Shown here: in pieces, positions 9,180-17,785 of the stretch
Numbering within the stretch: position 1 is the stretch's first letter
Layout: each line of letters begins with the position of its first letter
NCBI GenBank assembly: GCA_039914895.1
Contig: JBDSOJ010000244.1
Coordinates: 1-39,527, forward strand
Source: Gaiellaceae bacterium
Lineage (GTDB): Bacteria; Actinomycetota; Thermoleophilia; Gaiellales; Gaiellaceae
DNA: 39,527 nt
Direction: 5' to 3'
Notes under the pieces: generated by a model
Databases searched by the model: none
The model's input: only the letters and a program-made list of their open reading frames with translations
Told to the model about the DNA's origin: nothing
Position numbers and translations under genes: made by a program

Positions 9180-11923
9180 TTGCCGCCTCCCGCGCTCAGC
9201 ACGAGCACGCCGTGCTCGGGGAAGCTCGGATCGTCGTCGAGCCTCGCGATCTCGAGCCCGTCCAGCGTCAGCACGCCGGTGTCGAGGGCCGACGACGCGT
9301 CGTCGCGCTGGCGCTGGAAAGCGGTCGCGGTCACCGACTGCACTCCCGGGACGGCCTGCGCGGCGGCCACGATCACCGAGAGGTAAACGGGCTGGCCGAA
9401 CGTGAACCGGTCGGGGTGGAAGAACCCGAGCGTCCCGTCCGGGCGGACCCGGCTCGAGAGGACGTCGAGCACCGCCGCCTTCACGTGTGAGCGGAAGTAG
9501 TCGGGCTCGACGCACACGTGGAGCCCGACCTCGAGCGGCACGAACCGCGGGCCGTCGACCTCGAGGTCGTAGCCTGCCATCCGGAACGGCTCCAGGTGAC
9601 GCCGGATCCCGCGCTCGAACGTCTCGTCGACGGCGCTGCCGCCCGCGCGGTCGGCCGTGACGAAGACCGTGTGCCACGAGCCGGTCCAGCGGAACCGCGC
9701 CGCAGCCCGCTGGACCAGCGGGCTGCGCTCGGTGACCAGCGCATAGTCGTCGGCGGTCACGGCGCGCTGCTGGACGAGGAACGCCTCGGGGGCGTCGCGA
9801 CGCACGGCCTCCGCGGGCTCGGCGTCGACGCCCCCGGTGGCCGCGAGCGCGTTGTCGACGCCGAGCAGGCCGGGCTGGGCGGTGACGACGTGAGCGATCG
9901 CACTCGCGCCGACGTTGCCGGCCGTCCCGTTGCCGACCCGATATGTGGCCTCGAAGACCGTACCCTGCTCGGGTCGGCGGCCGTGCGCGCCGTCCCCGAA
10001 GCGCAGCGTCGCGGCTCCGTCGTGCTCGACCTCGACGACGAACTCGGCCGCGCCACCGTCGCTGGCGAGCAGGTCGGCCTGCGGTTGCCAGGGCTCAGTT
10101 GCGGCGAGGAGCGTCCCCTCGAGCTCGATCGCCGGCCTCGCAGCCCGAGCGTCGGCGGCGTCGGCGGCGGCGGCGACGGTCGCCGCGGCCGAAGCGGGCC
10201 GCTCGAGCACGTTGAGGATCCCCGTCACGGCGTCCAGGCGCAGGAGGGCGACCGTGACCCCGTCGCTCACCGACCACACGTCGTCGTCGCCGCGCACGAC
10301 GGCTGGCCCGACCTCGAACGAGAACCCTCGCTCCTCCAGCCAGTCGTGCAATGCCGCGTCGAACGTCAATCCCTGCAGGGCGATCGTGAGCGCCGGCGTG
10401 ATCGCGCCCTCCGCGACCACCCGCGTCGGTGCGGGTCGGGCGTGCGTGAGCGGGGCGCTCGCAAGCGTCGGGCGGAAACGCGCCGGCACCGGCTGAACCT
10501 CGGGCCGCTCGCAAGGGTCGCAGGCGGGCTCGCCGACGGAGCTGAGCACCGGCTCCGGCACCTCGCCGAGAAACTCGCCGGCGATCGTGCGCCCGTGATC
10601 GGCGAGCACGACGTTCCCCCACGCCTCGCCCACGACCAGCCCGGGCTGATCCTCGACGGAGATGCAGAGCGGGAACGGCAGCGCGTCCGCCTTGTCCCAC
10701 GCGATCTCCGTGACCACGACCGAGGCGTTCGTGGGCGGGTCGGCGAAGAGGCCGCCCGACGGGTCGAGCGACGGCACGACGTGGGTCAGGCGGACCGCCG
10801 CCCGCCTGGCCGGATCGGCGTCCTCGGGCTGGCCGGTGATCGGTCCGACCACCTCAGCGAGCACGAGGACGTCGCCCGCCCTCAGCGCGGGGTGGTCGCC
10901 GACGAGCGTGGCCGAGGTCGCCCCGCGCGGCAGGCAGCAGCCAGCGTCGCCCCATGTCCAGAAGTCGAAGCGCACGTGGGACTCGTAGAGCACCGCGTCG
11001 TCCATGATCTCGAAGGTTTCGGCGCCCGCGGCCAGCGCTGCGCGGTGGGCCGGCCCACCCGGCTCGACGACGGCCGGCACGTCCGGAACGCGGGTCAGGA
11101 GCGGGGTGCGCCGGTCGAGCGAGACGCCCTCAGCCTCCACCACGACCCGCATCCAGGCCCGTGCGTTCGAGCCCTCGTGCACGAGATAGTCGACCAACCG
11201 CGCGTGGCGGCGTAGCGAGGCGCGCCGGCGGGCGGTGGCAAGGTAGGCCTCGGTGGCGACGGCGTCCTGGCAGTACGACAGCTCGTCGGCGACGTAGGCG
11301 AGTGTCTCGACGAGGGCGACGCCGACGTCCGCCGGGCTGCGCTCGGCCCACCCGGGCGCGAGCAGGCTCAGCCGGTCGAGCATGAGCGCGCGGAAGGTGC
11401 CGTAGTCCTTCGCGAGATAGTCGATCGCCGGCCCCTCGGCCGACTCGCGTCCGCACTGGCACTGCGGCCCGCAGTCGAAGCCGGACGGGCATTCGACCTT
11501 GAACGAGAACTCGACCGCCGCGAGCAGCGGATCGAAGCCGGCGGGCACGGCGTCGCTCCCGGCGCCGGCAACGAGTCGCAGCGTGTAGCGCGAGAAGTCG
11601 CCCCGCGAGCTCGTCCGGACGAGCAGGACGGTGGCCGGGTCCTCGAGCCCGGCGACGAGCGACGGGGCCTCGCCGGCCGGCAGCGTCGTCGCCGGCGCGA
11701 CCCAGTCGACCCCGACCGTCGCGATCCGCTCGCCGCCGGCGACGACTACGTTGGCCGGCCCGAACGCAGGCGGAGGCTGCAGCAGCCGCACGAACAACGT
11801 CCGCTGCTGCAGGGCGTCGCTCGGCGCCTCGGAGTCGGACACCTCGAGGTACTCGATGCCGTTCAGCGCGCCGGCCTCCTTCACGGCCTGGAGCCGCCGC
11901 TCGTCGCAGCAGGCGTACTTCAC
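9176..11923 (-). CDS. Baseplate J-like (gp6/Afp11-like) protein, paralog 1
   Basis: The real start is the GTG at 11923, overlapping the gp25-like stop; the track ORF extends to 12055. The N-terminus is KYACCDERRLQAVK. The baseplate-J signature is GNVGASAIAHVV...NALAATGGVDAEPAEAVRRDAPEAF...RAVTADDYA. Confidence 0.8.
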   Translation of the reverse strand: MKYACCDERRLQAVKEAGALNGIEYLEVSDSEAPSDALQQRTLFVRLLQPPPAFGPANVVVAGGERIATVGVDWVAPATTLPAGEAPSLVAGLEDPATVLLVRTSSRGDFSRYTLRLVAGAGSDAVPAGFDPLLAAVEFSFKVECPSGFDCGPQCQCGRESAEGPAIDYLAKDYGTFRALMLDRLSLLAPGWAERSPADVGVALVETLAYVADELSYCQDAVATEAYLATARRRASLRRHARLVDYLVHEGSNARAWMRVVVEAEGVSLDRRTPLLTRVPDVPAVVEPGGPAHRAALAAGAETFEIMDDAVLYESHVRFDFWTWGDAGCCLPRGATSATLVGDHPALRAGDVLVLAEVVGPITGQPEDADPARRAAVRLTHVVPSLDPSGGLFADPPTNASVVVTEIAWDKADALPFPLCISVEDQPGLVVGEAWGNVVLADHGRTIAGEFLGEVPEPVLSSVGEPACDPCERPEVQPVPARFRPTLASAPLTHARPAPTRVVAEGAITPALTIALQGLTFDAALHDWLEERGFSFEVGPAVVRGDDDVWSVSDGVTVALLRLDAVTGILNVLERPASAAATVAAAADAADARAARPAIELEGTLLAATEPWQPQADLLASDGGAAEFVVEVEHDGAATLRFGDGAHGRRPEQGTVFEATYRVGNGTAGNVGASAIAHVVTAQPGLLGVDNALAATGGVDAEPAEAVRRDAPEAFLVQQRAVTADDYALVTERSPLVQRAAARFRWTGSWHTVFVTADRAGGSAVDETFERGIRRHLEPFRMAGYDLEVDGPRFVPLEVGLHVCVEPDYFRSHVKAAVLDVLSSRVRPDGTLGFFHPDRFTFGQPVYLSVIVAAAQAVPGVQSVTATAFQRQRDDASSALDTGVLTLDGLEIARLDDDPSFPEHGVLVLSAGGGK

Positions 11924-12279
11924 GGCGTCCCCCGCGAGAACGACGCCGAGCCTTGCTCCCGTGTGCGCAGGTCGACGTACGCCACGGTGACCGAGAGCTC
12001 GCCCTCGACCTGCCGGACCTCGACCGAGTCGACGGCGATGAGGTGCCCGAGCCATTGCTGGAGCGCGCCCTGCACGAGGTGCTGGGTCGTGGCGACGAGC
12101 TCCGGGCCGCCGGGCTCGAAGACGAGGTCGAGCAGCCCGCTGCCGAAGTCCGGCCTCATCACCCGCTCGCCCGGGGTGGTGAAGAGCACCTGCTCGATCA
12201 GGTCGCGCAGGTGGCCGTCCGCGCCGGTGTCGGCCGTTCGGCCGCGCCCGTCGACGTGGTAGGGGAAGTCGACGGTCAC
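11920..12279 (-). CDS. gp25/GPW-like baseplate wedge protein
   Basis: These are the last 119 codons of track ORF 11920..13155. The GTG at 12279 overlaps the PAAR-like stop (GTGA). The motif LIEQVLFTTPGERVMRPDFGSGLLDLVFEP is the gp25-family hallmark. Confidence 0.85.
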   Translation of the reverse strand: MTVDFPYHVDGRGRTADTGADGHLRDLIEQVLFTTPGERVMRPDFGSGLLDLVFEPGGPELVATTQHLVQGALQQWLGHLIAVDSVEVRQVEGELSVTVAYVDLRTREQGSASFSRGTP

Positions 12280-12593
12280 GTGACGAGCACCCGCGGTTGG
12301 GCGGACAGGGGCAGCATCGGCGTCCCGGTGGGGATGCACGTAGAGGCGCCGGCCATCGTCGCGACCGGCACTCCGCCCGCCAGCACGCGCACCGCGCCGG
12401 CCAGCCACTGTCCCGTGACGCAGGGAGGCGTGGGCGTGCCGGTGAGCGCGCAGCCGGTGACGGCGTAGGGAGAGGAGATCGTCACGAGTGGCTGCCCCGA
12501 GAGGAGCACGCGCGGGAACGGCGAGAGCGGCTGGGCCGGTCCCGCGTGGGAGCACGTGACCACGGCGCCGAGATGGAGGGCGGGAACGGGCAT
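12276..12593 (-). CDS. PAAR-like (DUF4280-type) spike tip protein
   Basis: The protein is 105 aa and Cys/Gly/Pro-rich (TCSHAG, TGCALTG, PPCVTGQW, ASTCIPTG). It sits between the spike and the gp25-like gene, as in other CIS loci. There is no literal PAAR motif, so I call it PAAR-like only. Confidence 0.6.
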   Translation of the reverse strand: MPVPALHLGAVVTCSHAGPAQPLSPFPRVLLSGQPLVTISSPYAVTGCALTGTPTPPCVTGQWLAGAVRVLAGGVPVATMAGASTCIPTGTPMLPLSAQPRVLVT

Positions 12594-12594
12594 T

Positions 12595-12758
12595 AGTGCT
12601 CCCCGCCGTAAATACGGTCGTGATTCGCCGGCGAGAACCGAGCAGGCCTAGGACGCAGGGAGCCCCGATATGCAGGCATATCGGGGCGACCGAGGACGAC
12701 TGCATGCGAAGCGTTCGCGGCCCCGCGAAGCGTGTGCGTATTTGCGGCGGGGAGCACT
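12595..12758 (-). promoter_or_regulatory. Structured 164-nt intergenic element closed by a 22-nt inverted repeat that includes the ribosome-binding site of the PAAR-like gene
   Basis: AGTGCTCCCCGCCGTAAATACG (12595-12616) and CGTATTTGCGGCGGGGAGCACT (12737-12758) are complementary at 21 of 22 positions. An internal perfect hairpin lies at 12662-12687 (GCCCCGATATGC / GCATATCGGGGC). Smaller GC hairpins lie at about 12706-12732. Confidence 0.6.
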
Positions 12759-12761
12759 TGG

Positions 12762-13286
12762 TCACACCACCGTCAGCGCGCCCAGGTTGATGTCGACGCT
12801 TGGCCCGACCATGTTGATCGTCGCGCCCTTGCCGTTCGAGATCACGATCCCGACGTCGCTGACGGAGAGCATCGCCCCCGTCGTCGTCTGGATCATGATC
12901 CCGCCGGTGGGACCCGGAACGTCGCTGACGACGATCCCGTTCTTGAGCGTCGTCTGGATCGTGATCCCGTTGACGGCGGGCGGCACCGAGCGCGCCAACA
13001 CCGGCACCTCGGCAGCGGTGCCCCAGTACCCGCCCACCCAGATCGGCCGGTCGGGGTCGCCCTGCTCGAACTCCATCCAGACGCCGGACCCGATCTGCGG
13101 CACGGTGAAGACGCCGGTGTTGATCCCGGCCACGGGCACGCACGGCATCGCCCACGAGGTCGGCGCCACACCCGAGACGTCGGGCACGATCGCCATGATC
13201 CGCCCGATCTGCAGCGGGTCGACGTTGTTGACGACCGTGCCGCGGAACTTGCCGTAGTAGCGCTGCTGAACCGCGACCTCGCTCAT
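12762..13286 (-). CDS. gp5/gpV-like spike (OB-fold plus beta-helical needle)
   Basis: YGKFRGTVVNNVDPLQIGRIMAIVPDV...GVWMEFEQGDPDRPIWVGGYW is the classic gp5/VgrG OB-fold motif. The C-terminal part has short repetitive beta-strand units. The ATG at 13286 overlaps the upstream stop (ATGA). Confidence 0.9.
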   Translation of the reverse strand: MSEVAVQQRYYGKFRGTVVNNVDPLQIGRIMAIVPDVSGVAPTSWAMPCVPVAGINTGVFTVPQIGSGVWMEFEQGDPDRPIWVGGYWGTAAEVPVLARSVPPAVNGITIQTTLKNGIVVSDVPGPTGGIMIQTTTGAMLSVSDVGIVISNGKGATINMVGPSVDINLGALTVV

Positions 13287-14410
13287 TGAGGCACCACCGG
13301 GACGGTCGAGAGCAGGCCGTCGCGCGCCAGCGAGAACGACTGCGTGAACTCGCCCCGCTTCAGCGTCGAGGTGACCGACGTGACGTAGTGCAGGCCGTCG
13401 AACGCCTCGCCCGCGCCGCGGACGCCGACCAGCGCGCGCGACCTGAGCACGTGCCCGTAGCGCGCCACCTCGAGCGTCCCGGAGCCGAACACCGCGTCGG
13501 CGTGCTGCCCGGCGTAGGCGAGCCCCTTCATCGCCGCCGCGAGCGGGTTGAGCTTTGCCGTGTCGTTCAAGAACGTGATCTTCGGCGGGATCGGCGGCAC
13601 GAGGCCGAGCGGCGGGCTCAGCGGGGTGCCCGGGATTGGAATCGGGATCGGCGCCTTGCTCGCCGGCTCCTGGATGTAGACCACCGGCAGCTCCTTGCGC
13701 TCCTTGTCGAATCGGAACTGGATGTTCGTAACCCTGGCGTGCGGGCCGTCCAGCCCCGCGTCGAGCGAGTGCTGCGGTACGCCGAGCCGGATCTCCGGGC
13801 CCCAGTAGGCCTTGCTCACCCCCGGCACGGGTCCCGGGTCGATGTAGAAGACGTAGCCGACCTCCTGGGCCAGAGACCGGATGTAGCCGTAGTCGGTGCC
13901 CTGGTGGCGCGGGATCCGCTCGATCGGAATCGGGATGTCCTCGAACACGCTCGGGATCACGAGCGGCACCACGCCGAAGGGCGCGTACTTCGCCAACGCC
14001 ACGAGCACCCGCAACGCAGGCGGCATCGCGGGATAGGGCAAACCGTCGAGCGGCACGATGTCCATCAGCGCCGTCAGGTCCTTCCCCTTGACCACGAGCG
14101 TCGAAGTCGGCCCGGCCTCGGAGCGCACCTCGTGATGGGTCATCACCCCGTCCATCAGCACGGTCGTCGTGCCGCGAAGGGTGACTGCGATCACGACCCG
14201 CAGGATCGGGATGCCGGACCCTCCGGTGAGGAGGAAGAGGGTGTGCAGCGGCGAGCGGTTCGAGAGCCGGAACGTCACCTCGAAGCCGCTCTGCGTCTCA
14301 CCGGAGCCGGCCTCGACCGTCACATCCTGCACGGCCTCGAGCACCTCGCGCGGCGCCGGCAGCGCGATCACCGGCCCGACCAAGAGCTGCAGCCGTACGG
14401 GCTCAGGCAT
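13283..14410 (-). CDS. Late control gene D (gpD/gp27)-like baseplate hub protein
   Basis: The protein is 375 aa, and its start region LLVGPVIALPAPREVLEAVQDVTVEAGSGETQSGFEVTF is gpD-like. It sits immediately upstream of the gp5-like spike. It overlaps the LysM-like gene by 8 nt. Confidence 0.75.
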   Translation of the reverse strand: MPEPVRLQLLVGPVIALPAPREVLEAVQDVTVEAGSGETQSGFEVTFRLSNRSPLHTLFLLTGGSGIPILRVVIAVTLRGTTTVLMDGVMTHHEVRSEAGPTSTLVVKGKDLTALMDIVPLDGLPYPAMPPALRVLVALAKYAPFGVVPLVIPSVFEDIPIPIERIPRHQGTDYGYIRSLAQEVGYVFYIDPGPVPGVSKAYWGPEIRLGVPQHSLDAGLDGPHARVTNIQFRFDKERKELPVVYIQEPASKAPIPIPIPGTPLSPPLGLVPPIPPKITFLNDTAKLNPLAAAMKGLAYAGQHADAVFGSGTLEVARYGHVLRSRALVGVRGAGEAFDGLHYVTSVTSTLKRGEFTQSFSLARDGLLSTVPVVPQ

Positions 14411-14771
14411 CGGGGTTCCCGGGGACGTTTTCGGCGAGCGTGACGCGGACGGTGCGGCCGACGGGATCCGTCAGCCCGCGCGGATCGACGACGCCGTTCG
14501 CGTCGGCGAGCCGCCACCACAACTCGGGGTCGCCGAGGTGCCGCGACGCGAGCAGGTCGCGGCGGTCGCCCTCGGCGATCCGCAACTCGTAGAGGAGAGC
14601 GAAGCGGTCGGGGCGCGGGCACAACCGGCGACGCAGGAAGGGGAGCGGCGGCGCGTCCCCGCCCGGCTCCCAGGTGTCGACGCCCACGCCGGCGTAGCGG
14701 CTCGTCGGCGGGAACGTCGTCGTCGGGACGGCGCCGGCCTCGAGCAGCGCGCGCAGAGGATCGGACGCCAC
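14403..14771 (-). CDS. LysM-like / tail protein X-like protein
   Basis: SRYAGVGV...RIAEGDRRDLLASRHLGDPELWWRLADANGVVDPRGLTDPVGRTVRV follows the pattern GDRLD..A...LGDP..WW.I.DAN.....L..PG..L.IP seen in CIS LysM components. The gene has a GTG start. Confidence 0.7.
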   Translation of the reverse strand: MASDPLRALLEAGAVPTTTFPPTSRYAGVGVDTWEPGGDAPPLPFLRRRLCPRPDRFALLYELRIAEGDRRDLLASRHLGDPELWWRLADANGVVDPRGLTDPVGRTVRVTLAENVPGNPDA

Positions 14772-14774
14772 GAC

Positions 14775-15425
14775 CTAGATCCCCTCCAGCCCGAGCGAGG
14801 AGAGCTCAACCGACCGGGCGCGGCCCGCCAGGCTCTCCTTCGTCCGCAGGTAGCCCATGAAGAGCGTTCCGCCGCGGTGCCGGAAACCCAGGTCGTCGAC
14901 CGAGAGCACGCGCAGGTCGAGGTCGACCCTGGCTCGGATCGGGTTGAGCGCCGCGTCGAAGGCCTCCTCAGTGACCGACAGGCCCGTGACGCGCACCGGC
15001 ACGACCCGCTGCTTGCTCCAGACGAAGAGCGTGAGCGGCGCCTCCAGCGGCAGCACCTCGAGAACGCCGGAGGCCGCGAGCCCGTCGTTTCTCTGCAGGT
15101 CGTCGGCGCGCGGATGGACGAGAGTCTCGAGCACGGCCAGCTGCGGATGGATCCCGAGCCCGACCGCATCCGGATTGCCGGTCGGATCGGCCAGACGATC
15201 GGTCGCGTCAATCTCGGCCGCGAGCTTGATCGTCTCGACGGCCGCGCCCTTGAGGCGCAGCGCCTGCGAGCGGTCGCCTCCGTCGCTTCCGCTCGCCTGC
15301 ACCTGGAGCGTCCGCGTCAGCGTGTCCGGGTTGTACTGGAGCGCGATCACGCCGAGCACGCGCGCCGTGTCGGGATCGACCTGCACGAGGCCGGCCTTCA
15401 GGAGGCGGGGCGAGAACGGGGTCAC
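14775..15425 (-). CDS. CIS tube-like protein (tube initiator, Afp5/Afp7-position)
   Basis: The protein is 216 aa. The segment LTLFVWSKQRVVPVRVTGLSVTEEAFDAALNPIRARVDLDLRVL matches the conserved F.WG....PV.I.S.SI.E..F...L.P.RA.V.L motif of CIS tube/initiator proteins. The GTG at 15425 overlaps the upstream stop. Confidence 0.7.
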   Translation of the reverse strand: MTPFSPRLLKAGLVQVDPDTARVLGVIALQYNPDTLTRTLQVQASGSDGGDRSQALRLKGAAVETIKLAAEIDATDRLADPTGNPDAVGLGIHPQLAVLETLVHPRADDLQRNDGLAASGVLEVLPLEAPLTLFVWSKQRVVPVRVTGLSVTEEAFDAALNPIRARVDLDLRVLSVDDLGFRHRGGTLFMGYLRTKESLAGRARSVELSSLGLEGI

Positions 15426-17785
15426 GGCTTACCCTTCGCCGACTCGAGCGGCCGCTCGACGACGTAGAGCTTGGACTGATCGCACGGATCCTTGAGCCCG
15501 ACGACCTCGTCCGACCTGATCTCGCGCAGCTTCTCGTTGAGGGTGACGCGGGTGCAGAGCCCCGCTAGACCGACGATGCGCCACTCGGCCCCGACGCGTG
15601 CGATCTTGGGGAACCTGCCGCTGAGATCCGCCTGGGCTTTGGCCGCGATCTTTGGATCCTTGGAGGTGACCTTCCTGGTCAGGCCGATCGCGATCTTGGC
15701 GACGTCGTTGAACTCCTCGGCAAGCTTGGCGTGCATCTGCGGTTCCGACTTGCGCCCCGAGCCATGCCCGAGGAAGACGTCGCCGCCCTTCGGCTCGCGG
15801 CGGACGAGCACTGCATTCTCGAGCCGCCAGGCGTTGCCGATCCGCTCGTTGATCAGGTCGTACCCGAGGTGGTTGAAGAACACCACGTGGTCGCCGACGA
15901 TCAGATCGCGTACCGAGCTCGGAGCCACACGCTGGGTGCTCCGAAGCCCGGGCTTCGCCACGGTTCCCTTGCCGACGATCGCCTCGTAGACGATCGGGTG
16001 GAGGTCGGTGAAGGCGTCATACCGCAGCCGGATCTTGTCCGCCCCAAATGCGGCGATTCGCTTATTGAACTCGGCCTTGCCAACCGAGTCGGCGAGCGAC
16101 ATGAAGTGGACAATCGAGATCAGGTAGTCGCAGTGCAGCAGGGTGCGGCGGTGCGGCTGCTCCGGCACGAACAGGAAGGCGATCGCGCTGTACGGGTCCG
16201 CCTTGCCCTTGTCGGTCAGCAGCCACGAGTAGTCGCCCATGTCGCCGTAGACACGGAAGCGCTCGTGACGCGGCAGGTCGAGCAGCGCCTTGTTCTTCGC
16301 CTTGTCCTTGCGCAGCGCGTAGTCGTCCGGCGGGAGGGGCTTCCAGAAATCACGGGCCGCGTAGTTCACCCTCGGGCCGTAGAGCACGGCCGGCCCCGAG
16401 AAGGGGTAGCCGAACGCGCTCCGCTTGTCACCGGGCACCTTCTCGACGGTCTGCTGCGACTCGACCGTGTGCTCGGCCGTCGCCACCCGCTTCACCAGCT
16501 CGGACGTCAGCTCCCCCTCGTCCGTGAAGTCAAACGTGTCGCCGGCGTCGGCCATGTCGTCGAGCACCGACCGGGCAAGCGCCTTGCTTGCCCACTTGCG
16601 CGCCGCCAGGAAGGCCCCGCGCTGTTTCGGCGGCATCTCAACGCCCTTCACGACCACCTTTCGCTGGATGGGAGACGCGTGCCCGTCGCGGCCGCGCAGT
16701 GGCGACGCGGACTGCTGCGCCACGTGTGCTAGCTCATGCGCGAGCAGGTGATGGCCGGCGTGGCTCGCGGGCGCGTATCGACCTGCGCCGAAGACGACGT
16801 CCTCGCCGACCGTGAACGCGGCCGCGTCGAGGCGAGCTGCCCCTGCGGCCGCTCGCGCGTCGTCGTGCACACGGACGCGCGCGAAGTCGTAGCCGAAGCG
16901 CGCCTCCATCGCGCGGCGCGTGGAGGGGTCGAGCGGGCGGCCGGGCGTCGCGAGCGCGTCGTCGACGTTCGCGTAAGCGGGAGGCGCCGCCGAGGGCGAC
17001 GCCGGAGCGGGCTGGGCGGGCGCCTTCTCCTCGTCCTGCTTCGGCGCGTCCGTCTTCAGCGGGATCGTGAAGCCGGGTAGGCCCTTCTGTCGCGCGAGCC
17101 ACGCAGCCACGGCCTCGTCCTCCTGCTGCTTCTGCGCGGCCTTCTCGCTCGCCGGGCGAAACATCTCCTCCTGCGCCTTGAGCCGCGCGATGTCGGCGGC
17201 GATCGGGTCGGTCTTCTTCGCGCCCTTGCCCTTCTGGCCCTGCTCCCTGACGGTGATCGTGAGGCCGACGAACGTGGGCTTGTTGACCGGCCCCTCGTAG
17301 GTGACCTGGGCCGAGACGCCCGCCAGCTTCGGCCAGAGCTTCTCGAGCGGGAGCTCCGGCGGCTGGATCGGCAGCTCCTTGCCGGTCGCAGCGAGTGCGG
17401 CCACGCCGCCGGCCAGCGCCGTCCCCGTCACCGCGAGACCCACGGGCGAGGTGATCGCGTCCGTGACCGTCTTCACGAGGGGGTCGGCGAGCACCTTCTC
17501 CTTCACCGCCTGGCCCTGCGGCGTCTTCAACGCCGCCTCGCCGGCCTTCTTCAACGCCTCCTTCTTCTTCTCGTCGTCGGTCTTCTCCTTGACCGCCTCC
17601 TGGCGCTGCACCGGCTCGGGCGCGGAGGCGGGCATGGTGGCGAACGACCAGCCGGCCACGCTGCCGCCGCGCGTAACGACGTCCGCGGCGTGCTCGGCCT
17701 CGCGCTCGTCCCGGTCGTGCGGCCTCGAGACGGGCCGCGCAGCCGCCTTCCCGGCGCGCGCGGCCTGGGCGGGCGTCCTCGTCAC
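15422..17785 (-). CDS. DUF4157 (PVC-type metallopeptidase-like) domain protein with a C-terminal domain of unknown family; putative CIS cargo/effector
   Basis: The likely start is the GTG at 17785, overlapping the stop of the 93-aa gene; the track ORF extends to 17932. The leader is PHDRDEREAEHAADVV. The DUF4157 core is RRAMEARFGYDFARVRVHDDARAAAGAARLDAAAFTVGEDVVFGAGRYAPASHAGHHLLAHELAHVAQQ, which contains HExxH. The last 400 aa or so are Lys-rich and encoded by visibly less GC-rich DNA. Confidence 0.85.
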   Translation of the reverse strand: MTRTPAQAARAGKAAARPVSRPHDRDEREAEHAADVVTRGGSVAGWSFATMPASAPEPVQRQEAVKEKTDDEKKKEALKKAGEAALKTPQGQAVKEKVLADPLVKTVTDAITSPVGLAVTGTALAGGVAALAATGKELPIQPPELPLEKLWPKLAGVSAQVTYEGPVNKPTFVGLTITVREQGQKGKGAKKTDPIAADIARLKAQEEMFRPASEKAAQKQQEDEAVAAWLARQKGLPGFTIPLKTDAPKQDEEKAPAQPAPASPSAAPPAYANVDDALATPGRPLDPSTRRAMEARFGYDFARVRVHDDARAAAGAARLDAAAFTVGEDVVFGAGRYAPASHAGHHLLAHELAHVAQQSASPLRGRDGHASPIQRKVVVKGVEMPPKQRGAFLAARKWASKALARSVLDDMADAGDTFDFTDEGELTSELVKRVATAEHTVESQQTVEKVPGDKRSAFGYPFSGPAVLYGPRVNYAARDFWKPLPPDDYALRKDKAKNKALLDLPRHERFRVYGDMGDYSWLLTDKGKADPYSAIAFLFVPEQPHRRTLLHCDYLISIVHFMSLADSVGKAEFNKRIAAFGADKIRLRYDAFTDLHPIVYEAIVGKGTVAKPGLRSTQRVAPSSVRDLIVGDHVVFFNHLGYDLINERIGNAWRLENAVLVRREPKGGDVFLGHGSGRKSEPQMHAKLAEEFNDVAKIAIGLTRKVTSKDPKIAAKAQADLSGRFPKIARVGAEWRIVGLAGLCTRVTLNEKLREIRSDEVVGLKDPCDQSKLYVVERPLESAKGKP

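Noticed and set aside
9180-12055. 5' extensions of the two baseplate-J ORFs (to 9677 and to 12055), and of the DUF4157 ORF (to 17932)
   Set aside because: Each extension overlaps the 3' end of the preceding well-supported gene by 130-500 nt and is Arg-rich. In each case a GTG overlapping the upstream stop is followed by family-typical N-terminal sequence.
12596-13257. Plus-strand ORFs 12596..12790, 12670..13257 and 12732..13289 across the structured spacer and spike gene
   Set aside because: They are antisense to the gp5-like gene or lie inside the hairpin-rich spacer, and they show no protein-like features.
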